NCBI GenBank assembly: GCA_963737905.1
Contig: CAVTUQ010000015.1
Location: 1 to 64,000 of the forward strand
DNA length: 64,000 nt
Source: an uncultured delta proteobacterium
GTDB lineage: Bacteria > Desulfobacterota > Binatia > UBA9968
Direction: 5' to 3'
The translations under genes were made by a program, and so were the position numbers. The notes beneath the pieces are model-generated. The model did not search any database. It was given only the letters and a program-made list of their open reading frames with translations, and was not told the DNA's origin. Shown here piece after piece: positions 39,364 to 49,104 of the stretch. The stretch's first letter is position 1. Each line of letters opens with the position of its first letter.

Positions 39364-40482
39364 ATGAAAGTTACGAGTTTGTTCTCACTTATGGTGGCCC
39401 TCTTACTGCAAGGTGCCATCGCTTCTGGGCAGTCATCCCAATCGCCACGGCCCGCTGACTGGGACAAGATTGTCGAAGCGGGTCGGAAAGAAGGGAAGGT
39501 GGTGGCGTCCATTCCTCCAAGCGCCGAATTGCGCAAGCTGATGGAGCTGACTTTCCCCAAACGCTACGGCATCCGGGTGGAGTTCGTGCCGGCCCGCGGT
39601 GGTAATATTATCCGTCGAATGGTGGATGAGGCCAAAGCGGGGGTTCAGTATTTCGATATTCACATCGGCGGCACGGAGTCCGCCATCACCGGGCTTTTGC
39701 CGGAGAACGTGCTCGAGCCGGTGGAACCTTTCTTTGTTCTTCCGGAAGTCAGAGATCCCAAACAGTGGTGGGGTGGGCATATCTGGGTCGACAACGCCAA
39801 GCGATTTATCTATGCGTTCGTTGCTTATCAAACGGTGAGTCTGTGGAGCAATGCCGATGTGTATAAGCCCACGGAGTTCAAATCGTTCGATGATCTTCTG
39901 AATCCCAAGCTACTGGGCAAGATCGGCATCAGCGATCCGCGCACGCCGGGCTCCGGTTCTTCCATGTGGTCTTACATGAATTACATCAAAGGCGAAGAAT
40001 TCCTGAAGCGTTTTGCGGCCCAGGACCTATTCGTTACCCGCGATCTTCGCCTCCTCGCCGAGAGTCTGGCCCGGGGTAAGATCGCGGTCACTTCGGGTAT
40101 CGGCTATTCCGAGTTCTTGCCTTTTATCAAAGCGAATCTCCCGGTGACACCGCTTCCCGTTCCGAAGGAAGGGCTCTACGTCAGCGGCGGTTATGGCCAT
40201 CTCATGGTGTTCAAAAATCAGCCCCATCCCAACGCGACCAAGGTTTTCGTGAACTGGTTACTAGGCCGGGACGGGCAGGAGATTTTCTCTCGTGGCATGG
40301 GTGTCGGTTCGCGGCGTTTCGATGTCAATACCAAGTGGCTGAAAGAGTTTGGAGTCATCGCGGCGAAGGATGTTCCTTTGACCCTGGAACAGTTTCACAA
40401 ATTAGAAAACCAATCGGAAGAAAAGATTTATAAGGTCAGAGAGCCGGGAGCCGCGGTGGCACGGAAGCTTTTGGGCGAATAA
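39364..40482 (+). CDS. ABC solute-binding protein (paralog 2 of 3)
   Basis: Signal peptide; same motifs. Confidence 0.88.
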   Translation: MKVTSLFSLMVALLLQGAIASGQSSQSPRPADWDKIVEAGRKEGKVVASIPPSAELRKLMELTFPKRYGIRVEFVPARGGNIIRRMVDEAKAGVQYFDIHIGGTESAITGLLPENVLEPVEPFFVLPEVRDPKQWWGGHIWVDNAKRFIYAFVAYQTVSLWSNADVYKPTEFKSFDDLLNPKLLGKIGISDPRTPGSGSSMWSYMNYIKGEEFLKRFAAQDLFVTRDLRLLAESLARGKIAVTSGIGYSEFLPFIKANLPVTPLPVPKEGLYVSGGYGHLMVFKNQPHPNATKVFVNWLLGRDGQEIFSRGMGVGSRRFDVNTKWLKEFGVIAAKDVPLTLEQFHKLENQSEEKIYKVREPGAAVARKLLGE

Positions 40483-40501
40483 AATATTTTTTGCGCGACA
40501 C

Positions 40502-41611
40502 ATGAAATTGCTATTTCTTCTCGTTTTCATCGGGGGATGGATTTTGGAAACCAACGTTGCACGCGGGCAAACGGCGCAGCCTCCGCAGAACGAATGGACC
40601 AAAACCCTTGAAGCCGCCAAGAAGGAAGGAAAGGTCGTTGTTTCCGTTCCCGCCAGCGCCGAGCTGAGAAAGGACGTCGAGAGACGTGTCAAACAGCGCT
40701 TCGGGATCGAGGCCGAGTTGATCGCCGGCAGAGCCGCCTCCATCGTGGGAAAAATCCAGCAGGAGGTCAAGGCCGGCGTTAATAATTTCGATGTCCACAT
40801 GGGAGGTAGCGAATCGATGGTCACGGGACTCCTCTTTGAAAGTCTCCTGGAGTCCTTCGAGCCGGCGATGGTCCTGCCCGAGGTCAAAGACCCCAAAAAC
40901 TGGTGGGGCGGTCACATCTGGGTAGACAACGCAAAGCGCTACATCTATTCATCGCAAGCCTATCAAACCGAGAACGTGTGGTACAACGCAGATCAGGTAA
41001 AGCCGGAGGAGATCCGCTCCTTTAATGATCTGCTGAATCCCAAATGGTCCGGCAAGATCGGCTACCTCGATCCGCGTACCGCTGGCTCGGGCACGTCGAT
41101 CTGGTCTTTTCTTTGGCAACTCAAAGGTGAAGCCTATCTAAAAAAGTTGGCGGAGCAAAAAATGTTCTTGAGCCGCGATCAGCGGGTATTGGCGGAAAGT
41201 CTCGCCAAGGGCAAGATCGCGCTCGTAGTTGGCCTTACCTATTATTCATTTGTTCCTTATCTCAAGGCCGGGCTTCCCGTGAAGCCACTTCCCAATCCGC
41301 GCGACGAGGTCTATGTCAGCGGCGGCAGCGGCCATTTGACTATTATCAAAGGCGCGCCCCATCCGAATGCGACTAAAGTGTTCATTAACTGGTTCCTCGG
41401 CAAAGAAGGACAGGAGATATTCGGGAAGGCCATGGGGCAGGGTACCCGCCGCCTCGATGTCGATACTCAATGGCTGAAAGAGTTCGGCGTCGTCGCGGCC
41501 AAAGATAGTCTGACACCGGATCAATATCCGAAGCTTGAGAATCAATCCGAGGAAAAGGTTGTCAAGGTGCGGGAACCGGCGGCAGAGTTCGCGCGCAAGC
41601 TGCTCCACTGA
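40502..41611 (+). CDS. ABC solute-binding protein (paralog 3 of 3)
   Basis: Signal peptide; same motifs. Confidence 0.88.
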   Translation: MKLLFLLVFIGGWILETNVARGQTAQPPQNEWTKTLEAAKKEGKVVVSVPASAELRKDVERRVKQRFGIEAELIAGRAASIVGKIQQEVKAGVNNFDVHMGGSESMVTGLLFESLLESFEPAMVLPEVKDPKNWWGGHIWVDNAKRYIYSSQAYQTENVWYNADQVKPEEIRSFNDLLNPKWSGKIGYLDPRTAGSGTSIWSFLWQLKGEAYLKKLAEQKMFLSRDQRVLAESLAKGKIALVVGLTYYSFVPYLKAGLPVKPLPNPRDEVYVSGGSGHLTIIKGAPHPNATKVFINWFLGKEGQEIFGKAMGQGTRRLDVDTQWLKEFGVVAAKDSLTPDQYPKLENQSEEKVVKVREPAAEFARKLLH

Positions 41612-41624
41612 AAGGAAAACATCG

Positions 41625-43208
41625 ATGGCCGAAAAGTATTACAACGATCTGCGCGAGTTTATCGAGGTCCTGGATCATCAAGGACTACTCTACCGCTGGC
41701 AGCGTTCGGTCAATAAAGACAGCGAGCTGATGCCGCTCATGCGGCTGCAGTATCGTGGTCGTCCGGACGCAGAGCGCCAAGCCTTTCTGTATGAAAACGT
41801 CACCGACGGGCGGGGGCGCCGTTACGGAATCAGAGTGTTGACCGGGGTCTATGCCGCGTCACGAAGGATCGTGGGGTTAGGCATGGGCTGTAAAGATCCG
41901 GGAGAAATCTACGAGCGCTGGCGCCATGCGGTAGATAAACCCATCGACCCGGTGGTCGTCGAAAACGGTCCCGTGCACGAAGAAGTGCACGCCGGTGCGG
42001 AACTTGAAAAGATCGGCTTGTCGATGCTGCCTGCTCCGGTGGAAGAGCCGGGATTCAGTGGTGATACCCGCGTGACCGGTCCCTTCATCACTGAGGACTC
42101 CGAGAATGGCGTGCGCAATGTTGGAATGTATAGCGGCCACTTCCGGCCGCCCAATCGTTTGCTTGCCGGCATAGGCCCCTCGCATCACGCCATGCTCTAT
42201 CACTATCCGGGCGCGAAGCGCCGGCGCGAGACTCTTCCGGTGGCGATTGTTTTGGGAGCGCTTCCCGACATCAACTACGTGGCGGCGGCCAATCTTCCTT
42301 ATGGGCTGGACGAGCTTTCGGTGGCGGGGGGAATAAGGCAGAGACCGGTGGAGCTGGTTCGTTGCAAAACCGTGCCGCTCGAAGTCCCGGCGGAAGCGGA
42401 AATCGTAATTGAAGGAGAAATTTCCACCGAGGAACTGGAGGCAGAACAGCCGTTCAGCGACTTTCCCGGTTACCTGATGGTGGAGCGCCATCGCCGGCCG
42501 GTAGTGAAGCTCACGGCGATCACGCACCGGCGCAGTGCGATGTTGACGTCGATCCTGGTCGGTTTGCCGCCCAGCGAATCCAACGGCATCTCACGCAGCT
42601 GCCGGGAAATGATTCTCTACAGCTTTCTCAGATACAGCTGCAATTTGCCTGAGGTATTGGAAGTGTGTTGCCCTGAGATGGGCGGGGGCTGGAATTGGTG
42701 GGTCATCCGCATGCGTAAAAGCCACCCGAGCAAGCCTTGGCAGGCACTCCAGGCCGCCTCGGGCCGAGATCCGGCCAACAAAGTGATCATCGTCGTCGAT
42801 GAGGATATCGATCCCAAAGATCCCGACATGGTGATTTGGGCCATGAGCTTCGCCATGCAGCCTCATCGCGACACGCGCGTCATTACCGGGCGAGTGCCAC
42901 TGCTTGACCCGTCGGCCTATTCTCTGATCAGCAAGCCGGAAGAGCGAAGTTATCCGCCGCCTCACGGCTGCTCCGGTATTCTTATCGATGCGACGCGCAA
43001 GGGACCTTACCCACCGGTGGGATTGCCAAAGCAAGAATACATGGAACGGGCGCTAGAGATTTGGAAGCAAGAGGAGCTACCGCCCTTAACGCTCAAAAAT
43101 CCCTGGTACGGCTACGCATTGGGCTTGTGGAATGCGGAAGACGACGCGATGGCGGAGGCGATTGCCAGAGGGGAGCCGGTCAATGGCGAGCGGCCAACAA
43201 AGGGATGA
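41625..43208 (+). CDS. UbiD-family protein, non-canonical active site (paralog of 35489)
   Basis: YYNDLREF, NVGMYSG, EQPFSDFPGY, IDATRK. Confidence 0.88.
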   Translation: MAEKYYNDLREFIEVLDHQGLLYRWQRSVNKDSELMPLMRLQYRGRPDAERQAFLYENVTDGRGRRYGIRVLTGVYAASRRIVGLGMGCKDPGEIYERWRHAVDKPIDPVVVENGPVHEEVHAGAELEKIGLSMLPAPVEEPGFSGDTRVTGPFITEDSENGVRNVGMYSGHFRPPNRLLAGIGPSHHAMLYHYPGAKRRRETLPVAIVLGALPDINYVAAANLPYGLDELSVAGGIRQRPVELVRCKTVPLEVPAEAEIVIEGEISTEELEAEQPFSDFPGYLMVERHRRPVVKLTAITHRRSAMLTSILVGLPPSESNGISRSCREMILYSFLRYSCNLPEVLEVCCPEMGGGWNWWVIRMRKSHPSKPWQALQAASGRDPANKVIIVVDEDIDPKDPDMVIWAMSFAMQPHRDTRVITGRVPLLDPSAYSLISKPEERSYPPPHGCSGILIDATRKGPYPPVGLPKQEYMERALEIWKQEELPPLTLKNPWYGYALGLWNAEDDAMAEAIARGEPVNGERPTKG

Positions 43209-43273
43209 AGCCTCAAGTCAGAAACCCAAGGGAAGCCGGCACGCAACTTTTGGATTAGAAACACGAGCACAAG

Positions 43274-43762
43274 ATGGAGCCCCAGGAGTCTCACAAGATC
43301 GCGCTGAAGATCAATGGCGACGTTCACAACGTCGAAATTGATTCGAACTGGACGCTCAACGACGTTCTCAGAAATCGTCTCGATCTTACCGGCACGAAGA
43401 GAGCCTGCGATTACGGTGGTTGCGGCTCTTGCACAGTGCTGATGGACGGAGTGGACGTTTACTCCTGCTCCATCTTGGCCGTCGAGGCTCAGGAAAAAGA
43501 GATCATGACCATCGAAGGACTAGGAAGCAGCGAGAGCCTTCACCCTTTGCAGAAAACCTTCGCACTCTCCTATGCCGCCCAGTGCGGTTGGTGCACGCCG
43601 GGAATGATCCTGTCGGCGAAGGCTCTGCTCGATCGCAATCTCAATCCCACGGAAGCAGAAGTGCGGATGGCTCTATCCGGCGTGTTGTGCCGCTGCACCG
43701 GCTATACCTCTATTATCCAGGCGGTGCTCGACGCGGGACGCGTGATGCGAGGAGAACGATGA
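43274..43762 (+). CDS. (2Fe-2S) subunit, CoxS-like
   Basis: ACDYGGCGSC, QCGWCTPG, LCRCTGY. Confidence 0.92.
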   Translation: MEPQESHKIALKINGDVHNVEIDSNWTLNDVLRNRLDLTGTKRACDYGGCGSCTVLMDGVDVYSCSILAVEAQEKEIMTIEGLGSSESLHPLQKTFALSYAAQCGWCTPGMILSAKALLDRNLNPTEAEVRMALSGVLCRCTGYTSIIQAVLDAGRVMRGER

Positions 43763-46095
43763 GCGCGGAATTCTTAACCGTTGGACAATCCGTGCCACCG
43801 ATTTATGGCGTTGAAAAAGCGACCGGCCAATTGCGCTTTGCCGCCGACATCAACTTGCCGAACATGCTGTGGATGAAGATCCTCCGAAGTCCCCACGCCC
43901 ACGCAAAAATTGTCGATGTGGACGCGACTGCCGCAGAAAAGATGCCGGGAGTGGCGGCTGTCATTACCCACAAGGACGTTCCCCATGTTCTCTTCGGCCC
44001 CTATCAAAATGAAATCTACCCGCTTGATGAAGAGATCCGTTTTGTGGGCGACACTGTGGCGGCTGTGGCGGCGAGAGATTGGAATGTCGCCGAAGAGGCC
44101 ATCCGGGCGATCCGCGTCACCTACGAGGTCTTGCCTGCAGTCCATGATCCCGAATCCGCGTTGCAGTTGGGAGCGCCTGATGCGGTGCTCCACTATCCCG
44201 AAAGCCATGAGCTCAAGCCCGGCGACATCCGGCCCGATCAGCTTGGAACTTTCGGCAACGTCATCGGTCTGAAAGAAGGCGGGCCGACGGTAATAAACGC
44301 GCGCGGAGATGTGGAGCAGGGCTTCGCCGAGAGCGATGTTGTGATCGAAAGGTTCTTCCGCCAGTCGGAGGTCAATGCCGTCTCTCATGAGCCGCGTGCT
44401 TGCGTTGCGGTCTATGAAAACGGCGCCTGCACGCTCTGGTGTTCGGTGCAGGATCCTTATCGCCTCCAGGACAGTACAGCTCGGGTTCTGGGCTTGCCCA
44501 TGGAGGCCGTTCGCGTCGTGTCAACGAATCTAGGCGGCGCTTTTGGTGTCAAAGTCACGGGACGGTTTGCTGTACTCTGCGCGCTAATGGCCCGCAAGAC
44601 CGGGCTGCCGGTAAAGATCTGGTTCACGCGGGAAGAGGAGAGCCTTGACTCGCACAACCGTTCGGCGCTGACCCATTATGTCAAAGCAGGAGCTAAGAAG
44701 GATGGCTCGCTGGCGGCAATCAAGGTTCGAACTTTCCTTGACAACGGCTATTGGCCCTACGGCGGTTTGGGGCAAAATATCGCTTTTGCGATTAGCACAC
44801 GGCCCATCGATCTCTATCACCGCTGTCCCAATGTGAAGTGGGAAGTCTTCGCCGTGCGGACCAACCGTCCCAGCACCGGACCCTACAGGGGTCGGGCCGA
44901 CGCCGAGAGCCATTTTCCTATCGAGTCGGTGATAGACGAGCTGGCTCATGAGATCCGTTGGGACCCCATCGAATTTCGACTCAAGAACCGGATCCGCGAA
45001 GGGGACGATCTATGCTCCGCGCCAAATAAAATCATGTCCACGGTGTGGCTCGAAGAAGCCGCACGCGCCGGAGCCCAGAAGATCGGCTGGAACCGCCGGT
45101 CGTCTTTGGTTGCTTTAACTAAAGGCCCCCGCAAAAGGGGAATCGGCATGGCGATGGTGATTCACAGCTGCGGCAGCAATCCCGCCGGGATCTCGGAGGC
45201 CGAAGTGACAATCGACGCCGCTGGGCGAATTTCTTTTTTCTCTGGAACCGCGGATCAGGGCTCGGAGCAGCAAACAACTCTCCGCCAGATGGTCGCTGAA
45301 GTTCTCGGAGTTTCGCTCGACGACGTGGGTGGCGCCAACGCGGACACCTCAACCTGTCCGTTCGATTCCGGTCCTTTTTCCAGCAGGACCGTTTACGCGA
45401 CCGGCATTGCTGCCAGTCGAGCGGCGGAAGAGGTGAAGAAAAAGCTGCTAGACCAGGCGGCAGCTTTCTTGGAGGAGACAGCAACTGGCCTCGACATTGG
45501 AAAGAAGTTTGTCTGGGTGCGAACGAATGCGTCCACACGAGTCGATTTAAGTCAACTCGCGCGTCTCGCCGGCGGCTCCATCAGCGGCAAGGGAATTCAT
45601 AACGCCAAGGAAGATCGGCTGTTCGCCTACGGCTTCGCAGCCGCCTTCGCGGAAGTCGAAGTCGATGTCGAAACGGGCGAGGTCAAGATCCTCAGACTGG
45701 TGTCATCCCACGACGTGGGTCGCGCTATTAATCCGATGATCGTCGAAGGCCAAATCCTTGGCGGCGCTGCGCAAGGTCTCGGGTATGCTCTAAGCGAAGG
45801 GTTCTATTTCGACCAGAGAACCGGCACGGCGCTCAATCAATGGTTTCTCGATTTGCACACGCCGTCGATCCTCGATCTACCCGATATCGAACCGGTGATG
45901 GTTGAGTTGGGCGAGCCGACGCACCCGTTCGGAGCCAAAGGATGTTCGGAGATCTCCTACATTGGCGTCGCTCCCGCGATCGCCAACGCGATCTACAACG
46001 CCACCGGAGCCCGCGTGACCGAGCTGCCAATGACTCCCGATGTAATTCTTAGGGCGCTACACGGCGCGCAGAGGAACGGGCTTGGTCAACTTTAA
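43759..46095 (+). CDS. Xanthine dehydrogenase family molybdopterin subunit
   Basis: ATGA overlap with upstream gene; LRSPHAHA, LGGAFGVK, PYRGRAD, GAKGCSE. Confidence 0.9.
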   Translation: MSAEFLTVGQSVPPIYGVEKATGQLRFAADINLPNMLWMKILRSPHAHAKIVDVDATAAEKMPGVAAVITHKDVPHVLFGPYQNEIYPLDEEIRFVGDTVAAVAARDWNVAEEAIRAIRVTYEVLPAVHDPESALQLGAPDAVLHYPESHELKPGDIRPDQLGTFGNVIGLKEGGPTVINARGDVEQGFAESDVVIERFFRQSEVNAVSHEPRACVAVYENGACTLWCSVQDPYRLQDSTARVLGLPMEAVRVVSTNLGGAFGVKVTGRFAVLCALMARKTGLPVKIWFTREEESLDSHNRSALTHYVKAGAKKDGSLAAIKVRTFLDNGYWPYGGLGQNIAFAISTRPIDLYHRCPNVKWEVFAVRTNRPSTGPYRGRADAESHFPIESVIDELAHEIRWDPIEFRLKNRIREGDDLCSAPNKIMSTVWLEEAARAGAQKIGWNRRSSLVALTKGPRKRGIGMAMVIHSCGSNPAGISEAEVTIDAAGRISFFSGTADQGSEQQTTLRQMVAEVLGVSLDDVGGANADTSTCPFDSGPFSSRTVYATGIAASRAAEEVKKKLLDQAAAFLEETATGLDIGKKFVWVRTNASTRVDLSQLARLAGGSISGKGIHNAKEDRLFAYGFAAAFAEVEVDVETGEVKILRLVSSHDVGRAINPMIVEGQILGGAAQGLGYALSEGFYFDQRTGTALNQWFLDLHTPSILDLPDIEPVMVELGEPTHPFGAKGCSEISYIGVAPAIANAIYNATGARVTELPMTPDVILRALHGAQRNGLGQL

Positions 46096-47062
46096 ACACA
46101 TCGATGCTTCGTCGACGGAGCATGCCTTGTCGCTCCTGGCGGAATACGGGGAAGGGGCGCGGGTGTTAGCCGGCGGGCAGGATCTCCTGTTTCGCATCAA
46201 GAAATATATCGTAAAGCCGGAGTGTGTGGTGAATATAAAGAGCATTCCGGGATTGAGTTACGTCCGCTCCAGGCCGCAGGAGAATCTCAAAATCGGGGCC
46301 CTCACAACGCTGTCGCAGATCGCTCATTCATCAGAGTTGCAGCAGCATTACTGTGTCTTGGCTCAGGCGGCGGGTGTAGTCGCTTCACCGCAGATCCGCA
46401 ATATGGGTACCTTGGCTGGAAACATCTGTCAGGATGTCTGGTGTTGGTATCTGCAGGACGGATTTTCCTGTTGGAAATCAGGTGGCAAGTTTTGTGATCT
46501 GGCGGGCGGCGACAGCCGTTATTACGGCAGTGTGATGGGCGGCCACCTTTGCCTCTCCAATCATCCGTCGGATACGGCCGTTGCGTTGGCAGCTCTGGAT
46601 GCTCGTATCCACATAGCCTCGCCGCGTGGAAAACAGACAAGCGCGATCACTGATTTTCTACCCGGCCACACCTGGGTCGGCGGGCGGCTGCAGTCCCATG
46701 TTCTCCGAGCCGATGAGATCGTGACGGCAATCGAAATCCCATTTCGGCCGACGCACAGCGCTTACGTCAAATTCGCCCTGAGAAAGTCCTGGGATTTTGC
46801 CATTGCCAGCGCGGCGGTGAGCGCGGTGATTCAGGACGGCGTCTGGAACGACGTGAGAATAGTATTGGGCGGTATTGCGACGTTCCCCTATAGAAGCCGA
46901 GAAGCTGAAGATTTGCTGCGGACCAAGTCAATCAGCGAATCCGTGGCGGCCGAATCCGCCGAAGCCGCTCTACAATCAGCGAAGCCGCTCAAAATGAACG
47001 GCTATAAGGTCGAGTTGAGCAAAACCCTTGTGCGACGCGCCCTGTTGTCGCTGGCCGGTTAA
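46082..47062 (+). CDS. FAD-binding subunit (YagS/HcrB-like with Cys insert)
   Basis: LAGGQDL, IRNMGTLAGNICQ, CWY...C...C...C insert, NGYKV. Confidence 0.88.
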   Translation: MVNFKHIDASSTEHALSLLAEYGEGARVLAGGQDLLFRIKKYIVKPECVVNIKSIPGLSYVRSRPQENLKIGALTTLSQIAHSSELQQHYCVLAQAAGVVASPQIRNMGTLAGNICQDVWCWYLQDGFSCWKSGGKFCDLAGGDSRYYGSVMGGHLCLSNHPSDTAVALAALDARIHIASPRGKQTSAITDFLPGHTWVGGRLQSHVLRADEIVTAIEIPFRPTHSAYVKFALRKSWDFAIASAAVSAVIQDGVWNDVRIVLGGIATFPYRSREAEDLLRTKSISESVAAESAEAALQSAKPLKMNGYKVELSKTLVRRALLSLAG

Positions 47063-47092
47063 GAAAAAGATGCAAACTGATCAGATTCCGGC

Positions 47093-47128
47093 GTTTGGAA
47101 CGGTTTGAACTTTTTGAACGATTGGAAC
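47093..47128 (+). repeat. 4 x 9-bp degenerate tandem repeat (..TTGAAC-like)
   Basis: GTTTGGAAC GGTTTGAAC TTTTTGAAC GATTGGAAC. Confidence 0.7.
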
Positions 47129-47158
47129 CAGTAATAGAGGACCTATTGGAGTTGATGA

Positions 47159-48628
47159 ATGCCAGCAAAAGACCTGCGCGAATGGATTGACGACCTAGAG
47201 GAAAGAAACGACTTAAAGCGCATCACGGCGGAAGTGCATTGGGACGAAGAGATCGGCGCGATCACGAGAGAGATATCGAGCCAGTTTGGGCCGGCATTGA
47301 TGTTCGAGAACATCAAAGAGCATCGCCAGACCTTGTGCCGCCGGTTATTCACGAACGGCACAGGGACTAGAGAGCGAGTGTGTCGCCTGGTCGGCGTTTC
47401 TGAGAAGACTTCCTATCGCGAGCTGGTGTCCATCTTCAAAGATCGCTTCTCGAAACCGGTTAAGCCCCTCACCGTGGGCAGCGGTCCCGTTAAAGAGAAT
47501 ATCGTCAAAGACGATGCGGTGGATCTATTTCAATTTCCGGTTCCCAAGTGGAATCCCCACGACGGCGGCCGTTTCATCATGACCTCCGCGAGCATCGTTA
47601 CCAGGGATCCCGACACGGGTATCCTCAACGCTGGGACCTACCGGGGCATGATCGCCAAGAAAAACACCATCGGCGTGTTACTCGCGATGACCCAGGGATG
47701 GGGCAAGCACTTCAGTAAGTATAAAAATCGCGGCCAGGAGATGCCGGTGGCCGTCGTCATCGGCTGGGACCAGACGTTGTTCGTGGCGGCTTCCACGCCG
47801 GTCAATCATCCCGAATACGAATTGGCCGGCTCTCTCAGAGGCGCGCCGGTGGAGCTGGTCAAGTGTGAAACCAGCGATCTGTTGGTTCCCGCGTCAGCAG
47901 AGATCGTTCTTGAAGGATTCGTTTCTCCCGACCCGAAGACCTTCGAGCCGGAAGGCCCATTCAGCGAGTATCCCGGCTACTACGCCGGACGCAAGACGCC
48001 GAAGCACGCCATTCGGGTCGAGTGCATTACGCATCGCAATGATCCGATCTTTCATGGCTGTCTCACGGGCTCCAGCCCTGGGAGAACCAATGAAGGTACG
48101 ACCTGGACGCCGGCTACCTTTTCTGCGATGGCTTGGCAGTACCTGGAAGAAGCGGGGGTGCCGAATATCACCGGTGTTTGGCGCGGCAAATGGCCAGAGC
48201 TGCTGCGCATCCAGATTCGTAAAAGCCATCGCGGCCACGCGCAGCAAGTAGCGTCGGCGCTGTGGGGATGCCATCTCGCCAATTACGCGGGCAAGCATCT
48301 TATCGTCGTCGACGACGATATTGATATCCACGATTGGGAAGCCATCGAGTGGGCACTCTGCTACCGGGTAAACGCCGGGCTCGGCGATATCACGACGTTC
48401 CCGGGAACCTCGGGGTCGATGCTCGACCCCAGCGTGCCGTCAGAGGAGAGGGATTCGGTCAAATACGGCCACGGTAAATGGACCCGGGTGTTGATCGACG
48501 CCACGATTAATTGGGAGCTTGAACCGCAGGAGCAATACGGCGGCAACCGTTATCCTCCGTTGGGCACCGCGATTTCGCCGGAGATGACGGAGACCTTGAA
48601 GCGCAGGTGGAAAGAATACGGTTTCTGA
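47159..48628 (+). CDS. UbiD-family (de)carboxylase
   Basis: NAGTYR, PEGPFSEYPGYY, VDDDID, IDAT. Confidence 0.9.
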   Translation: MPAKDLREWIDDLEERNDLKRITAEVHWDEEIGAITREISSQFGPALMFENIKEHRQTLCRRLFTNGTGTRERVCRLVGVSEKTSYRELVSIFKDRFSKPVKPLTVGSGPVKENIVKDDAVDLFQFPVPKWNPHDGGRFIMTSASIVTRDPDTGILNAGTYRGMIAKKNTIGVLLAMTQGWGKHFSKYKNRGQEMPVAVVIGWDQTLFVAASTPVNHPEYELAGSLRGAPVELVKCETSDLLVPASAEIVLEGFVSPDPKTFEPEGPFSEYPGYYAGRKTPKHAIRVECITHRNDPIFHGCLTGSSPGRTNEGTTWTPATFSAMAWQYLEEAGVPNITGVWRGKWPELLRIQIRKSHRGHAQQVASALWGCHLANYAGKHLIVVDDDIDIHDWEAIEWALCYRVNAGLGDITTFPGTSGSMLDPSVPSEERDSVKYGHGKWTRVLIDATINWELEPQEQYGGNRYPPLGTAISPEMTETLKRRWKEYGF

Positions 48629-48651
48629 GGCGAGTGAGGCGAGGAAAAATC

Positions 48652-49060
48652 ATGGCGAAGCCGGCGTTCAAAGCGAAGACACGATCCTACTTTCGCGATC
48701 TCAGAGACTTTATTTCTCTTTTGGAGGAGACCGGGAATCTTCACCGTATCTCCGCAAGGATCGAGAAAAAAGGACATGCCTTTGGTCAGGTGGCAATACC
48801 AAGGTCTGCCGGATAGCCAGAGAAAAACGTTTCTCTTCGAGAGCGTAACCGATCCCCAAGGAAAGAATTACGAGTGCCGCGTTGCAGTTGGGGTGCTCGG
48901 CGCTTCACGCGGGATCTACAAGATGGCCCTTGGCTTGGAAGAAGACAGCGGGCCGGGTGACGTGGCGGAGCGTTGGAATCGAGCCCTGAGCCATCCTATC
49001 GCATCCCGCATTGTGAAGACCGGGCCGGTCAAAGAGGTTATGCTCAAAGGGCGAGAATAG
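48652..49060 (+). pseudogene. UbiD-family N-terminal fragment (frameshifted and truncated)
   Basis: YFRDLRDFI...; MPLVRWQYQGLP...GPVKEV then stop; about 135 of ~530 aa. Confidence 0.82.
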
Positions 49061-49104
49061 GGGCGAGAGACAAAACGGCTGAGATCGATAGAAGGAGATG
49101 AAAA

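Noticed and set aside
43420-43758. N-terminal extension of the 891-aa ORF
   Set aside because: Overlaps the 2Fe-2S gene; the real start is ATG 43759 with RBS GAGGAG
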